A program made the position numbers and the translations under genes. Below the pieces are notes generated by a model. It did no database searches, was not told the origin of the DNA, and was given only the letters and a program-made list of their open reading frames with translations. A stretch of 64,000 nt of DNA from an uncultured delta proteobacterium (GTDB lineage: Bacteria > Desulfobacterota > Binatia > Binatales > Binataceae): assembly GCA_963711565.1 (NCBI GenBank), contig CAVQEQ010000002.1, positions 96,001 through 160,000 on the forward strand. The letters are read 5' to 3'. Shown here one piece after another: positions 28,832 to 38,466 of this stretch; position 1 is the stretch's first letter, and each line of letters starts with the position of its first letter.

Positions 28832-29773
28832 ATGGAATATCGAAATCTCGGCAACTCGGGACTCAAGGTCTCCGCCGTCGGCCTCGGATGCAACAACTTC
28901 GGCATGCGATGCGACGCGGAGCAGACACGCGTCGTGGTGCATAAGGCGCTCGACGAGGGCATCACGCTCTTCGACACCGCCGATATCTACGGCAATCGCG
29001 GCGGCTCCGAAGAATTGCTCGGCAAGGCGCTCGGCGATCGACGCCGCGAGATCATCGTCGCAACGAAATTCGGGATGGCGATGGGCGACGGTCCTTATAT
29101 GAAGGGCGCGTCGTATCGCTACATCATGGCGGCGGCAGAGGCGAGCCTTAAACGATTAGGCACTGACTATATCGACCTGTATCAGATTCACCAGCCCGAT
29201 CCCGAAACGCCGCAGCATGAAACCCTCGAGGCGCTGAACGATCTCGTCCGCGCCGGCAAGGTTCGCTATATCGGACATAGTAACTTCGCCGCGTGGCAGG
29301 CCGTCGATGCCCACTGGATATCGCGCAGCCGCGGCCTCGCCTCGTACATCTCCGCGCAAAACCTGTACAACCTGCTCGACCGCCGCATCGAACGCGAACT
29401 GGTTCCCGCATGCCGCGAATTCGGCGTAGGTATCCTGCCCTACTTTCCACTGGCTAGTGGATTTCTCACGGGGAAATACAAGCGCGGCGCCGAGCCGCCC
29501 AAGGGCACCCGGCTTTCACTCGTGCAACGGATGGCGAAGCAGGCCCTGACTGACGAAAATTTCGCGACGCTCGAAAAGCTCGAGAAGTTCGCACGCGAGC
29601 GCGAGCACACGATCCTCGAGCTTGCTGTCGGATGGCTGGCGTCGCAGCCGCAAGTCTCCAGCGTAATATCCGGCGCAACCAGCCCCGAGCAGGTCAGCCA
29701 AAACGTAAAAGCCGGCACCTGGAAACTGTCTGCGGACGAACTAGCCGAAGTCGATAAACTCACGCGCCGCTAA
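28832..29773 (+). CDS. Aldo/keto reductase
   Basis: GLGCNNFG, FDTADIYG, SLKRLGTDYIDLYQIH, PLASGFLTGKY. Confidence 0.95.
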   Translation: MEYRNLGNSGLKVSAVGLGCNNFGMRCDAEQTRVVVHKALDEGITLFDTADIYGNRGGSEELLGKALGDRRREIIVATKFGMAMGDGPYMKGASYRYIMAAAEASLKRLGTDYIDLYQIHQPDPETPQHETLEALNDLVRAGKVRYIGHSNFAAWQAVDAHWISRSRGLASYISAQNLYNLLDRRIERELVPACREFGVGILPYFPLASGFLTGKYKRGAEPPKGTRLSLVQRMAKQALTDENFATLEKLEKFAREREHTILELAVGWLASQPQVSSVISGATSPEQVSQNVKAGTWKLSADELAEVDKLTRR

Positions 29774-29789
29774 TCGGCGCATCGTGGCG

Positions 29790-29812
29790 CTGTATTACAC
29801 GCTGTGATACAG
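29790..29812. promoter_or_regulatory. Palindromic operator upstream of the RHH/VapC pair
   Basis: CTGTATTAC-acgct-GTGATACAG ending 9 bp before the antitoxin ATG. Confidence 0.6.
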
Positions 29813-29820
29813 TTTCATTT

Positions 29821-30120
29821 ATGGGTGCCTTGAATGTCAGAATCGACCCGCAGACTGCTGCCTTCCTCGAGCGGTTCGCGCGAGAGACCGGGCTGACCAA
29901 GTCCGAAGTCGTGCGTCAGGCGTTGGCGACCCTGCGTGAACAACGGGCGAGAGCCACAGCCCCAACGCCCTACGAGCGGGTGGCTCATCTGATCGGCTCG
30001 GGCGACAGTGGCGGGATGCAACTTTCCGAGCGCACCGGCGAACGCTTCACCCAAATGCTGCTGGAAGAACGCAATGCCAAGCGTGCTCGTCAACGCCGGA
30101 CCACTCGTCGCACTCATTGA
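29821..30120 (+). CDS. CopG/RHH antitoxin (VapB-like)
   Basis: LNVRIDPQT..LERFARETGLTKSEVVRQAL; overlaps the PIN gene. Confidence 0.82.
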   Translation: MGALNVRIDPQTAAFLERFARETGLTKSEVVRQALATLREQRARATAPTPYERVAHLIGSGDSGGMQLSERTGERFTQMLLEERNAKRARQRRTTRRTH

Positions 30121-30484
30121 TCGTAGCGACTCCTACCATCGGCGGTGCGCCGCTGTGCTTGAAACTATTCGCGATCCGCTCCTCACTGTGTGGCCCGCAT
30201 TCACAGAAGCGATGCATCTCCTGCGCTACGACCCCAGGGACCAACGAGCACTGTGGGACATGATTGATGCTGGCGGATTGATATTCGCGAACCTCGGTCC
30301 TGACGATATCCCGCGCATGCGCGAGTTGATGTGGAAGTACCGCGACCTGCCGATGGACCTCGCTGACGCCGCGCTAGTTCGTGTCGCCGAGCGCGAGGGT
30401 CTGCGCCGCGTCTTTACGATTGACCGCCAGGACTTCGAAATTTATCGACCACATCGCTTCGGACGGTTTGAGATCCTGCCGTAA
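30074..30484 (+). CDS. vapC: VapC-family PIN domain toxin (first conserved Asp is Asn)
   Basis: VLVNAGPLVAL, TEA, MDLADAALV, FTIDRQDF. Confidence 0.85.
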   Translation: MPSVLVNAGPLVALIDRSDSYHRRCAAVLETIRDPLLTVWPAFTEAMHLLRYDPRDQRALWDMIDAGGLIFANLGPDDIPRMRELMWKYRDLPMDLADAALVRVAEREGLRRVFTIDRQDFEIYRPHRFGRFEILP

Positions 30485-30676
30485 TTCCTCCTTTCTTCGC
30501 TGATTGTTCACTCCGTTCGCCGCATTTGAACAGTCCGTTCAGGCCATTTTAACGCCTTGTCAGTGAAGAGGTTGTTCCATCAGGAGGCGAACAAAATGAC
30601 TTCACTACTGTCAGAGAAACAGATGGCGTCGATTCGCAGTTTCATTAAACCGTCGCGCGAAACGGAGGGACTCAAT

Positions 30677-30775
30677 ATGTGCCAGAACTGCTTTTTGTCC
30701 GAGTTGCCGGGCGTGGTCTTCGGCATCGTAACGGTCATCTGGATCGTCAGCACCGTCGGTCTGCTCAACCGGTAG
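30677..30775 (+). CDS. Possible 32-aa single-TM protein (alternative start 30596)
   Basis: GGAGGG RBS; MCQNCFLSELPGVVFGIVTVIWIVSTVGLLNR. Confidence 0.45.
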   Translation: MCQNCFLSELPGVVFGIVTVIWIVSTVGLLNR

Positions 30776-30777
30776 CT

Positions 30778-33144
30778 TCAGGGAATGAGTTTCTTGAGCG
30801 CGTTGATCGGGTTCGGAATTGACGGAATCGCCGAGCCCGCCGACGGCGAGCCGACCACCGAGCCGACCGCGTTCACTCCGCCACGGATTATGTTGCCGGG
30901 CATGTTAATCGCGCCCATCGCCACGCGCTCCGTCAACGTCGGCAAATCCGGCAGCACGATAACCGAGGGCAGTTTCCCGGTCACGTAAACGGGAATCGCA
31001 ACTTGCAGTCCGAGTGTCATCCGGATGTCGGCGTTCATCGTGATGTTTTTGTCCATGTCGAACCAGCCGTCGCCCGTGATCGTGTAGTCGGGCGACTGTA
31101 CGTATAGGTCATGCGTCGTGAAGCGCGGGCCGGTCTGCTGAAAGCTCATGCTCGCCGATTGCAGCTCGGTGTCAGGATCGACCAGCATCCCATGATGACT
31201 CGACATGAACGCCACGTTCACGAGCTGGCTGACTCCCGGCGCCTTGGCGACTGCGTTGAGCGCGTCGGCCACGATATTGACGCCGACCAGCTTGCCGTTC
31301 GCGATTGACACTCGTCCGCTGCCGCGAATCGTCGGCCTGATTCGATTCCAATCCTTGCCGCTGCCCGACGCCGCCACGTTGCCGGTCAGAAACCCGTGCA
31401 CGGTGCTGGCCGCGCCGATATTTTGCGAGCGCAGCGCTTGTTCCATGTTCAGATTTCTTATCACCAGCGTGACGTTGAAGGTCGGCACGCGGCCGAAAAC
31501 CGCATCCGTATCCGCCGTCAGCGACCCGCCGAACACGTCAACGTCGAGCGGACGCGCCGACGCCCGGCCGTTCAAGTATGCCGCCGTCAGATCGAGATTG
31601 CGGTATGAAACATTTTGCAGCGAGCCGTCGGTCGATTGGATCGCCGCGCTGATTCGCGGCGCACTTATCTCGCCGTCCGCGGTGCCTTTCACCACCAGCC
31701 CGTTCATGATGTCGCCGGGCGGACGACTCGCGAAGATCTGCGCGAGCTTCACCGAGTCGGCCTTCAGCGCATAGCTCGCGCTCAGCGGGCTTAACGATTC
31801 AATTCGCCCTTCGAGATTCGCGTGCGCGGAACCGAGGGTGAAGCTGGTCGGCTCGACTATTTCGACGCCATTGGCGAAACGAATTGTGCCATTGAGATCG
31901 CTGATGCGGTCCTCCAGCGACGGCAGCTTCGCGGCAACCTGTTTCAGCGCCACGGTTCCATCCACCGCCGGCGCGTTGTTGCCAAGCTTCACAGTGCCGT
32001 GAATCTCGCTCATGCCCGCCAGGCCGTATCCGGCCACCGCGGGTATCATCGGGCTCAGATCGGCAAGGTTGAAGCTGTTCGAATCGATTTGCGCGCTCAG
32101 CGGGTGCGCGCCGCCGCGCGTAAACTTGCTCGCCGTCAAGTCGAGATCGGACAGCTTCAGGTTGACACTCGCCAGCTGGAGCTGGTCGCCCCAGACGCCG
32201 TTCGCACTCACCGTCATCGCGGTCCCGGCCGGTTTGCTGAACACGGTGCCGTACGCGACCCGGTTGGCAGTCAGGTCAGTGCTGAGCGCAATTGCGAGCT
32301 GGCCGAACGGACCGCGCGCCGTACCGGTCACCGACGCGGCGTCGGGAATCGAGAGCCCTGCCGGAATATTCGATCCGATGTCAGCCAGCGGCCGGAGACT
32401 GTCGAGCACGATCGAATCGACCTTCAGATTCAGATCGACGCGGATTGCTGAAGCATCCAGCACGCCCCGATTGAGCAGCGGTCCGACCTTGCCCGACGCC
32501 TCGACGTTCTGTGCATCGCCCACAAAGGCGAACTTGGTCTGGACGTCGAACGCGGACGCGGCGTTGAAGCCGGTCACGTCGAAATCCAGGTGATGGACAT
32601 GAATCGGCGACGCCTTCTGGCCGAGATCGTTGAAATAGATCGAGCCATCCGCGATGCTGAGCGCCTTAATCGACAAATCAGCCAGCGACGATCGCTGCGC
32701 GCGCCCGTGCTCGGGGTTTGCGTTATGCGGCCCGGCGTTCGACCCGATCGTGCTCAGATTCAGGTCGCCCTTCGCGTTCATCACGATCCGGATGTCGGGT
32801 TTGCTCAGGTCGAGTTTTGTGACTCTCGCCACGCCGCGCAGCAGCGGGAAAAACTTGACCTCGATCGACACGTCGTCGGCAGCGAGAAACGGCTTGGTCG
32901 AAAAGGCCGGATCGTCGGCAATCGTCAGCCCGCTGACCTCGACCGACACGCCCCATCCCATCTGCGCCTGCATCTTCCCGACTGCGACCTGGCGGCCAAG
33001 CTCATGGCTCACGCGCGCGATGATTCGCCCCTCATTGCGCACAACGATCGAACTCAAATTGAAGTACGCGTAAGCGGTCAGCCCGCCCGCGATCAGCCCG
33101 ACCGCCCCAACTGCGATACCAGAGATGAGTAGTATCCTGCGCAA
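30778..33144 (-). CDS. AsmA family protein
   Basis: N-terminal TM anchor, beta-strand-rich repeats, C-terminal GSGRVSIANGKL/IPVYVTG AsmA-like region. Confidence 0.85.
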   Translation of the reverse strand: MRRILLISGIAVGAVGLIAGGLTAYAYFNLSSIVVRNEGRIIARVSHELGRQVAVGKMQAQMGWGVSVEVSGLTIADDPAFSTKPFLAADDVSIEVKFFPLLRGVARVTKLDLSKPDIRIVMNAKGDLNLSTIGSNAGPHNANPEHGRAQRSSLADLSIKALSIADGSIYFNDLGQKASPIHVHHLDFDVTGFNAASAFDVQTKFAFVGDAQNVEASGKVGPLLNRGVLDASAIRVDLNLKVDSIVLDSLRPLADIGSNIPAGLSIPDAASVTGTARGPFGQLAIALSTDLTANRVAYGTVFSKPAGTAMTVSANGVWGDQLQLASVNLKLSDLDLTASKFTRGGAHPLSAQIDSNSFNLADLSPMIPAVAGYGLAGMSEIHGTVKLGNNAPAVDGTVALKQVAAKLPSLEDRISDLNGTIRFANGVEIVEPTSFTLGSAHANLEGRIESLSPLSASYALKADSVKLAQIFASRPPGDIMNGLVVKGTADGEISAPRISAAIQSTDGSLQNVSYRNLDLTAAYLNGRASARPLDVDVFGGSLTADTDAVFGRVPTFNVTLVIRNLNMEQALRSQNIGAASTVHGFLTGNVAASGSGKDWNRIRPTIRGSGRVSIANGKLVGVNIVADALNAVAKAPGVSQLVNVAFMSSHHGMLVDPDTELQSASMSFQQTGPRFTTHDLYVQSPDYTITGDGWFDMDKNITMNADIRMTLGLQVAIPVYVTGKLPSVIVLPDLPTLTERVAMGAINMPGNIIRGGVNAVGSVVGSPSAGSAIPSIPNPINALKKLIP

Positions 33145-33162
33145 CGATTCCTCCGGCGCGAG

Positions 33163-34590
33163 TCAACTAGCTATCCAAGAAGTACTCCGCGTGAAGTGAT
33201 CGGCGATCACGTTCGCCACGCAGCAGGTCACCTTCTTTGCCGTCGGGATGTGCAGGAACTCGTTGGGGCCGTGCGCGTTGGTGTGAGGTCCCAGCACTCC
33301 CGTGATCAGAAATTGCGACTGCGGGAACCGCTCGCCCAACATCCCCATGAAAGGAATCGTGCCGCCCTCGCCCATGTAAGCAGTTGGCCTGCCGAAGTAG
33401 TCATTCGAGGCCGCGTCGAGGCTGCGCTCGAGCCACGGCGACAGGTCAGGCGCATTCCATCCGCCGGCGCCCCAGTTCGCCTGGAAAGTCACCTTGCATC
33501 CGTACGGCGGATCGTTCTCCAAAATGCTTTTCAGCTTTCGCGACGCTACTTTCGGATCGACCGTCGGCGGCAGCCTGAGCGACAAACTCACCGCCGTGCC
33601 CGGGCGCAGCACGTTGCCCGCGTTGCCGGTGCTCGGCAGGCCGTCAGCGCCGATGATCGAGAGCGCGGGACGCCACGCGCGGTTGAGGATTAGCTCCGTC
33701 GTATCTTTGCTGATCGGACGCGTGTGATCGATGAACGGGAACTTCGCGTAGATGTCGTCGCCGAGCACCTCTGCCGTTGCGGCTGCCTGCTTGAGGCGCG
33801 CGTCGGGAATCGTCGCGTAAAATTCCGGCGCGAGCACTTTGCCTGTGGCCTCGTCCTCGACGCGGCTGATCAACTGGCGCACGATGCGGAAGCTGTCGGG
33901 CACGACTCCGCCGGCGTCGCCCGAATGCACTCCCTCGGTGAGCACCTCGACCTGGAGCCGTCCGCCAACGAGGCCGCGCAGCGATGTTGTCAACCAAAGC
34001 TGGTCGTAATTTCCGCATCCCGAGTCCAGTGCGATGCACAAGCTCGGCTGCCCGATGCGGGGCGCCAGATGCTCTATATAATGAGGCAGATCGAAGCTGC
34101 CGCTTTCCTCGCACGCCTCGATGACGACGACGCATCGCGCATGCTTGATCGAGGTCGCCTGCAGCGCGCCGATCGCGCCGAGGCAGGAGAACATCGCGTA
34201 GCCGTCGTCGGCACTGCCGCGGCCGTATAAACGATCGCCCTCAATCACCGGCTGCCACGGCCCCAGCCCTTCGCGCCATCCCGACATCTCGGGCTGCTTG
34301 TCCAGGTGCCCGTAAAGCAGCACGCAATCTTTCGAGTCGCCGGGGATTTCCATGAACAGCAGCGGCGTGCGGCCTTCGAGGCGCACGACTTCCAGCTTCA
34401 TGCCGAGTATCGGCTGACGGCGCGCCCAATCCTCGAAGCGCGCGACGACGCGGTCCATGTGGCCGTGCGTTTTCCAATCGCGATCGAAGGCGACTGACTT
34501 GTTGGGGATGCGAATATACTCGACCAACTCGGCGACGATGGATTCGTCCCAAAGCCGCTCGACGTGAGTTCGGATCGCTGACGTGTCCAT
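33163..34590 (-). CDS. M20 family metallopeptidase
   Basis: YGHLDKQP, GRGSADDG, EACEESGS, AHGPNE. Confidence 0.93.
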   Translation of the reverse strand: MDTSAIRTHVERLWDESIVAELVEYIRIPNKSVAFDRDWKTHGHMDRVVARFEDWARRQPILGMKLEVVRLEGRTPLLFMEIPGDSKDCVLLYGHLDKQPEMSGWREGLGPWQPVIEGDRLYGRGSADDGYAMFSCLGAIGALQATSIKHARCVVVIEACEESGSFDLPHYIEHLAPRIGQPSLCIALDSGCGNYDQLWLTTSLRGLVGGRLQVEVLTEGVHSGDAGGVVPDSFRIVRQLISRVEDEATGKVLAPEFYATIPDARLKQAAATAEVLGDDIYAKFPFIDHTRPISKDTTELILNRAWRPALSIIGADGLPSTGNAGNVLRPGTAVSLSLRLPPTVDPKVASRKLKSILENDPPYGCKVTFQANWGAGGWNAPDLSPWLERSLDAASNDYFGRPTAYMGEGGTIPFMGMLGERFPQSQFLITGVLGPHTNAHGPNEFLHIPTAKKVTCCVANVIADHFTRSTSWIAS

Positions 34591-34674
34591 GATCCGAGCC
34601 TACGCGAGATGAGTGGCGATTGGCAAAATGTCGATTCGGCTACGCCGTTCCAATACAAACGGGGAGGCCAACCG

Positions 34675-35916
34675 ATGGATGACTCGCCCGCGACCGCAAA
34701 TTCAAGCGCCCTCTCGCATCGCGACTTTCGCCGCTATCTGGGCGCGGCCTTCCTCGCGATTCTCGCCACGCAGATTCAGTCGGTCGCCGTGGGCTGGCAG
34801 GTTTACAGCATCGCGCGGACCCCGCTCGCGCTCGGCTACGTCGGGCTGTTCCAATTTTTGCCGATGATGGCGTGCACGATTCCCGCCGGGCACATGGCGG
34901 ATCGCTTCGACCGGCGGCTAATCCTCGTGATCAGCAATTTCTGCTCCGCGATTGCGGCCGGCTGTTTTCTGACGCTCGCGCTGACGAGGACTACCGTCAT
35001 CTGGCCGTTTTACGCGGTGCTCGTGATATTCGGGGCATCGCGCGCCTTTGCGGGACCGGCCTCGCAGTCTCTCGTGCCGTTGCTGGTCCCGCAGGATCAA
35101 TTTCCTCAAGCCGTCGCGTGGGCCTCTTCGACTTCGCAGGTGGCCGTGATCGCGGGGCCGGCGATCGGCGGAGCGATCTACATTCTCGGTCCGGCGGTGG
35201 ACTACGGCGTCTGCCTGATCCTGTTCGCGACTGTCGCAATCGTAATGATGGGGATCCGGAGCCGCGGCATGCGCTACGAGGCGGAGGCCGACACGACAGC
35301 GTTCGAGCGCATCACGGCGGGGATTGCGTACGTGTGGCGCAAGCCGCTCATCCTCGGCGCGTTCTCGCTGGATTTATTCGCGGTGCTGCTCGGCGGAGCG
35401 ACTGCATTGCTGCCGGTATATGCGCGCGACATTTTGCACGTCGGACCGCTCGGGCTGGGTGTATTGCGCAGCGCGCCGGCACTTGGAGCTGCGATGCTTG
35501 GGTTGGCGCTCGGACAGCAGGCGCTGCAGCGCCGCGCGGGACTCGCGATGTTCGCGTGCGTCGCGATTTTCGGCGTTGCGACGATCGTCTTCGGCTTGTC
35601 GGAGAACTTTGCGCTATCGATTGGCGCGCTGTTCGTGATGGGCGCGTCGGACATGGTGAGCGTTTACGTGCGCACCACACTCACACAGCTTGCGACGCCC
35701 GATGCGATGCGCGGGCGCGTGAGCGCGGTGAACCGGCTGTTCGTCGGCGCGTCGAACGAGCTGGGCGAGTTCGAATCGGGCGTCACCGCGACATGGTTCG
35801 GCACGGTGCCTGCGGTGGTGATCGGCGGCGTCGGCACGCTGGTCATCGTCGCTGTTTGGTATCGGCTGTTTCCGAGCCTGCGCGAAGTGGATCGGCTGTC
35901 AGAAGTGACGCCGTGA
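34675..35916 (+). CDS. MFS transporter (EntS/MFS_3-like)
   Basis: About 12 TM segments, GHMADRFDRR, TPDAMRGRV. Confidence 0.92.
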   Translation: MDDSPATANSSALSHRDFRRYLGAAFLAILATQIQSVAVGWQVYSIARTPLALGYVGLFQFLPMMACTIPAGHMADRFDRRLILVISNFCSAIAAGCFLTLALTRTTVIWPFYAVLVIFGASRAFAGPASQSLVPLLVPQDQFPQAVAWASSTSQVAVIAGPAIGGAIYILGPAVDYGVCLILFATVAIVMMGIRSRGMRYEAEADTTAFERITAGIAYVWRKPLILGAFSLDLFAVLLGGATALLPVYARDILHVGPLGLGVLRSAPALGAAMLGLALGQQALQRRAGLAMFACVAIFGVATIVFGLSENFALSIGALFVMGASDMVSVYVRTTLTQLATPDAMRGRVSAVNRLFVGASNELGEFESGVTATWFGTVPAVVIGGVGTLVIVAVWYRLFPSLREVDRLSEVTP

Positions 35917-35917
35917 A

Positions 35918-36397
35918 TCAGCTCATGCACTCGATCAGCAGATTTAATGCCGCTGCGGAGAATGTGCGCATGTTGGCGACGCGGTCGGAGCTGCCGGTCT
36001 CGCAGGTCGTCGAGCGCTCGACGGGGCCGGCGACTGCGATGCAACTGTGGCCGGCCGCGTCGCCGTAGCGATTGCCGGTGGGGCCGCTTGCGCCTATCTC
36101 CGCGATGCTCCAGGTGACTGCGAAGCGCGTGCGCGCCGCGCGCGCGAGAATCATTGCGCCTTCTTCGGTGACCGATTTGATTCCCGCGAATGCGGAATCG
36201 GGTACGTCGAGCATCGCGCGCCGCGCTTTGAGCGTGTAAACGACGGCGCCGCCGATGAAGTACGCCGACGCGCCGGGGACGCTCAGCAGCGCGGCCGATA
36301 TAAGACCTCCCGTACTCGACTCGGCGACCGCGACGTTCTCGCGCCGCTGTTTGAGCATCACGGCGATTTTTTCGGCGAGCGGAATCAGATCATGCAT
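35918..36397 (-). CDS. CinA C-terminal domain protein (PncC-like)
   Basis: VAESSTGGLI, VPGASAYF.GG.VVY. Confidence 0.88.
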   Translation of the reverse strand: MHDLIPLAEKIAVMLKQRRENVAVAESSTGGLISAALLSVPGASAYFIGGAVVYTLKARRAMLDVPDSAFAGIKSVTEEGAMILARAARTRFAVTWSIAEIGASGPTGNRYGDAAGHSCIAVAGPVERSTTCETGSSDRVANMRTFSAAALNLLIECMS

Positions 36398-36431
36398 GTG
36401 CGCCTCTTCGAGATCCGAAATCGACGCAATG

Positions 36432-37061
36432 TTATCGCGCACCGCATCCGTCGAGAAAGATCGACGTGATAAAATCGGCAGCGCGGTCGGGCGTCGTGTA
36501 CTCGCGCCCGTAGCGATTGATGCCGCGCACCATGCCGAGCAGCGATTCGGCGGCGATGCGCGTGTCGAGGCCGGGCCTCATCGTGCCACGCTTGATGGCG
36601 TCGTCGAGCACTCCGCTGATCAATCGCGACAAGTCATTGCGCTGCGCCCGATACTGGCGTTCCTGCGATGGCGGCAGCGCCTTGGGATCGCGCAGCAGGG
36701 CGAAGAACTGGCGGCGGGTCCAGAAGAATGCGACCGTGTGGCGCGCGATGGCGGCGACTTGCGCGCGAATCGAGCTGCATCCCGGCAGCGCCGCGCGAAT
36801 TTCGCGCTGCAGTTCCGCGAACCCATCGATTACCGCGGCCGCGTAGAGCTCCTCTTTCGATTTGAATTGACGGTAAACGCTGCCCTTGCCGACGCCGGCG
36901 TGCGCGGCGACCTCGTCGATCAACACCAGATCGAATTCCCTTTCGGCGAAGAGTTCGGTGGCGCTTCGGAGTATCCTTTCACGCAGGAACGGCGTGGACG
37001 GCCTGCCGCGGCCGTCTTTGCGGCGAATCGGCGGTGAAATAAACTGTCTCCTGACGCTCAA
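36432..37061 (-). CDS. TetR/AcrR family regulator
   Basis: IDEVAAHAGVGKGSVYRQFKSKEEL HTH; divergent from mdtABC. Confidence 0.92.
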   Translation of the reverse strand: MSVRRQFISPPIRRKDGRGRPSTPFLRERILRSATELFAEREFDLVLIDEVAAHAGVGKGSVYRQFKSKEELYAAAVIDGFAELQREIRAALPGCSSIRAQVAAIARHTVAFFWTRRQFFALLRDPKALPPSQERQYRAQRNDLSRLISGVLDDAIKRGTMRPGLDTRIAAESLLGMVRGINRYGREYTTPDRAADFITSIFLDGCGAR

Positions 37062-37141
37062 AATCGGTAACCCGGATTCATCTGATTCGTAGATTCGTAG
37101 TCAGCCTGGTTTATCGGCCGCCGCAGCCAGCATATCCGAAA

Positions 37142-37161
37142 TATGGACTGGCGGGTCCATA
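37142..37161. promoter_or_regulatory. Palindromic operator, probably for the adjacent TetR
   Basis: TATGGAC-tggcgg-GTCCATA between divergent tetR and mdtA. Confidence 0.65.
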
Positions 37162-37221
37162 ATTGCAACAATAGACGCCGAACCGGCTTGGGCTGGTTTG
37201 GAGATAGGTGCTACGGAGAAC

Positions 37222-38466
37222 ATGATGGATTCAGACGCCCCGACGACCGGAAAACCCAACGCCTCTCGATTTGTGCAGGATGCCGAAGTGCCCAGTCTGC
37301 TCGACAAGGTTATGCAACGATGGCGTATGTGGCTGGTCGTGCTGGCCGTCGCGATAATTGGAATTTACTATTTGACCGGACGCAGCAGCACCGATTCCGC
37401 CGCGATGGCTCCGGCGGTGCATCCGATCATCCCGGTCGCGGCGGCGCCGGCGAAGCGCGGCGATTTGGAACAGTACATCTCCGCGATCGGAACGGTGACG
37501 GCGTACAACACGGTCACGGTCAAAAGCCGGGTCGATGGACAGCTCGACAAGGTGAATTTTACCGAGGGGCAAATCGTAAAGGCCGGCGATCTGCTGGCTG
37601 AGATCGATCCGCGTCCGTACCAGGTCGAGCTCACGCAGGCCGAGGGCACGCTTGCGAAAGATCTGTCGAATCTCGAGAACAACAAGATACTGCTCGCGCG
37701 CGACAAAGAACTATACGAGCAGAAGATCATCGCGCGTCAGGATCTCGACAACCAGCAAGCGCTGGTCGGACAGTACGCCGGCTCGATCGAAAGCGACAAG
37801 GGCGCGGTGGATAACGCCAAGTTGCAGCTCGTTTACAGCCGCATCACTTCGCCGATCACGGGCAGGGTCGGGCTGCGCTTGGTGGACCCCGGCAATATCA
37901 TTCATGCGACGGATGCGACGGGTCTCGTGGTGATCACGCAGTTGCAGCCGATCGCGGTTGATTTCAGCATCCCCGAGGACGATCTGCCGAGCCTCGAGAC
38001 CGCGATGAAGGCCACTCCCCAATTGCCTGTCACCGCTTACGACCGCGACTTCAAGCATCAACTCGCCGAGGGAGTGCTGCTCACGACCGACAATCAGATC
38101 GATCAGTCCACCGGCACGATCAAGCTGAAGGCGTCGTTTCCCAACCTCGACAATTCGCTGTTTCCGAATCAGTTCGTCAACGCGAAGCTGCTGATCAACA
38201 CGATTCCGAACGCGACCCTGATCCCGGCGGCTGGACTCCAGCGCAGCCAGCAAGGCGCGTTCGTCTATGTCATCAAGCCTGATTTTACCGTCGAGATGCG
38301 CCCGGTGACGGTGCAGGCGACGCAGGGCGAAGTGATCGCGATAAGCAAGGGTCTTCAGGTCGGCGACCTGGTCGTCACCGACGGGGTGGACAAGCTGCAG
38401 CAAGGATCGCGCGTCAGCGTGCAGAACGCCGCTACTCCGTCCACGAGCGCGAGCAACGGACCGTGA
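37222..38466 (+). CDS. mdtA: RND efflux periplasmic adaptor
   Basis: [46 protein letters not shown]. Confidence 0.92.
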   Translation: MMDSDAPTTGKPNASRFVQDAEVPSLLDKVMQRWRMWLVVLAVAIIGIYYLTGRSSTDSAAMAPAVHPIIPVAAAPAKRGDLEQYISAIGTVTAYNTVTVKSRVDGQLDKVNFTEGQIVKAGDLLAEIDPRPYQVELTQAEGTLAKDLSNLENNKILLARDKELYEQKIIARQDLDNQQALVGQYAGSIESDKGAVDNAKLQLVYSRITSPITGRVGLRLVDPGNIIHATDATGLVVITQLQPIAVDFSIPEDDLPSLETAMKATPQLPVTAYDRDFKHQLAEGVLLTTDNQIDQSTGTIKLKASFPNLDNSLFPNQFVNAKLLINTIPNATLIPAAGLQRSQQGAFVYVIKPDFTVEMRPVTVQATQGEVIAISKGLQVGDLVVTDGVDKLQQGSRVSVQNAATPSTSASNGP

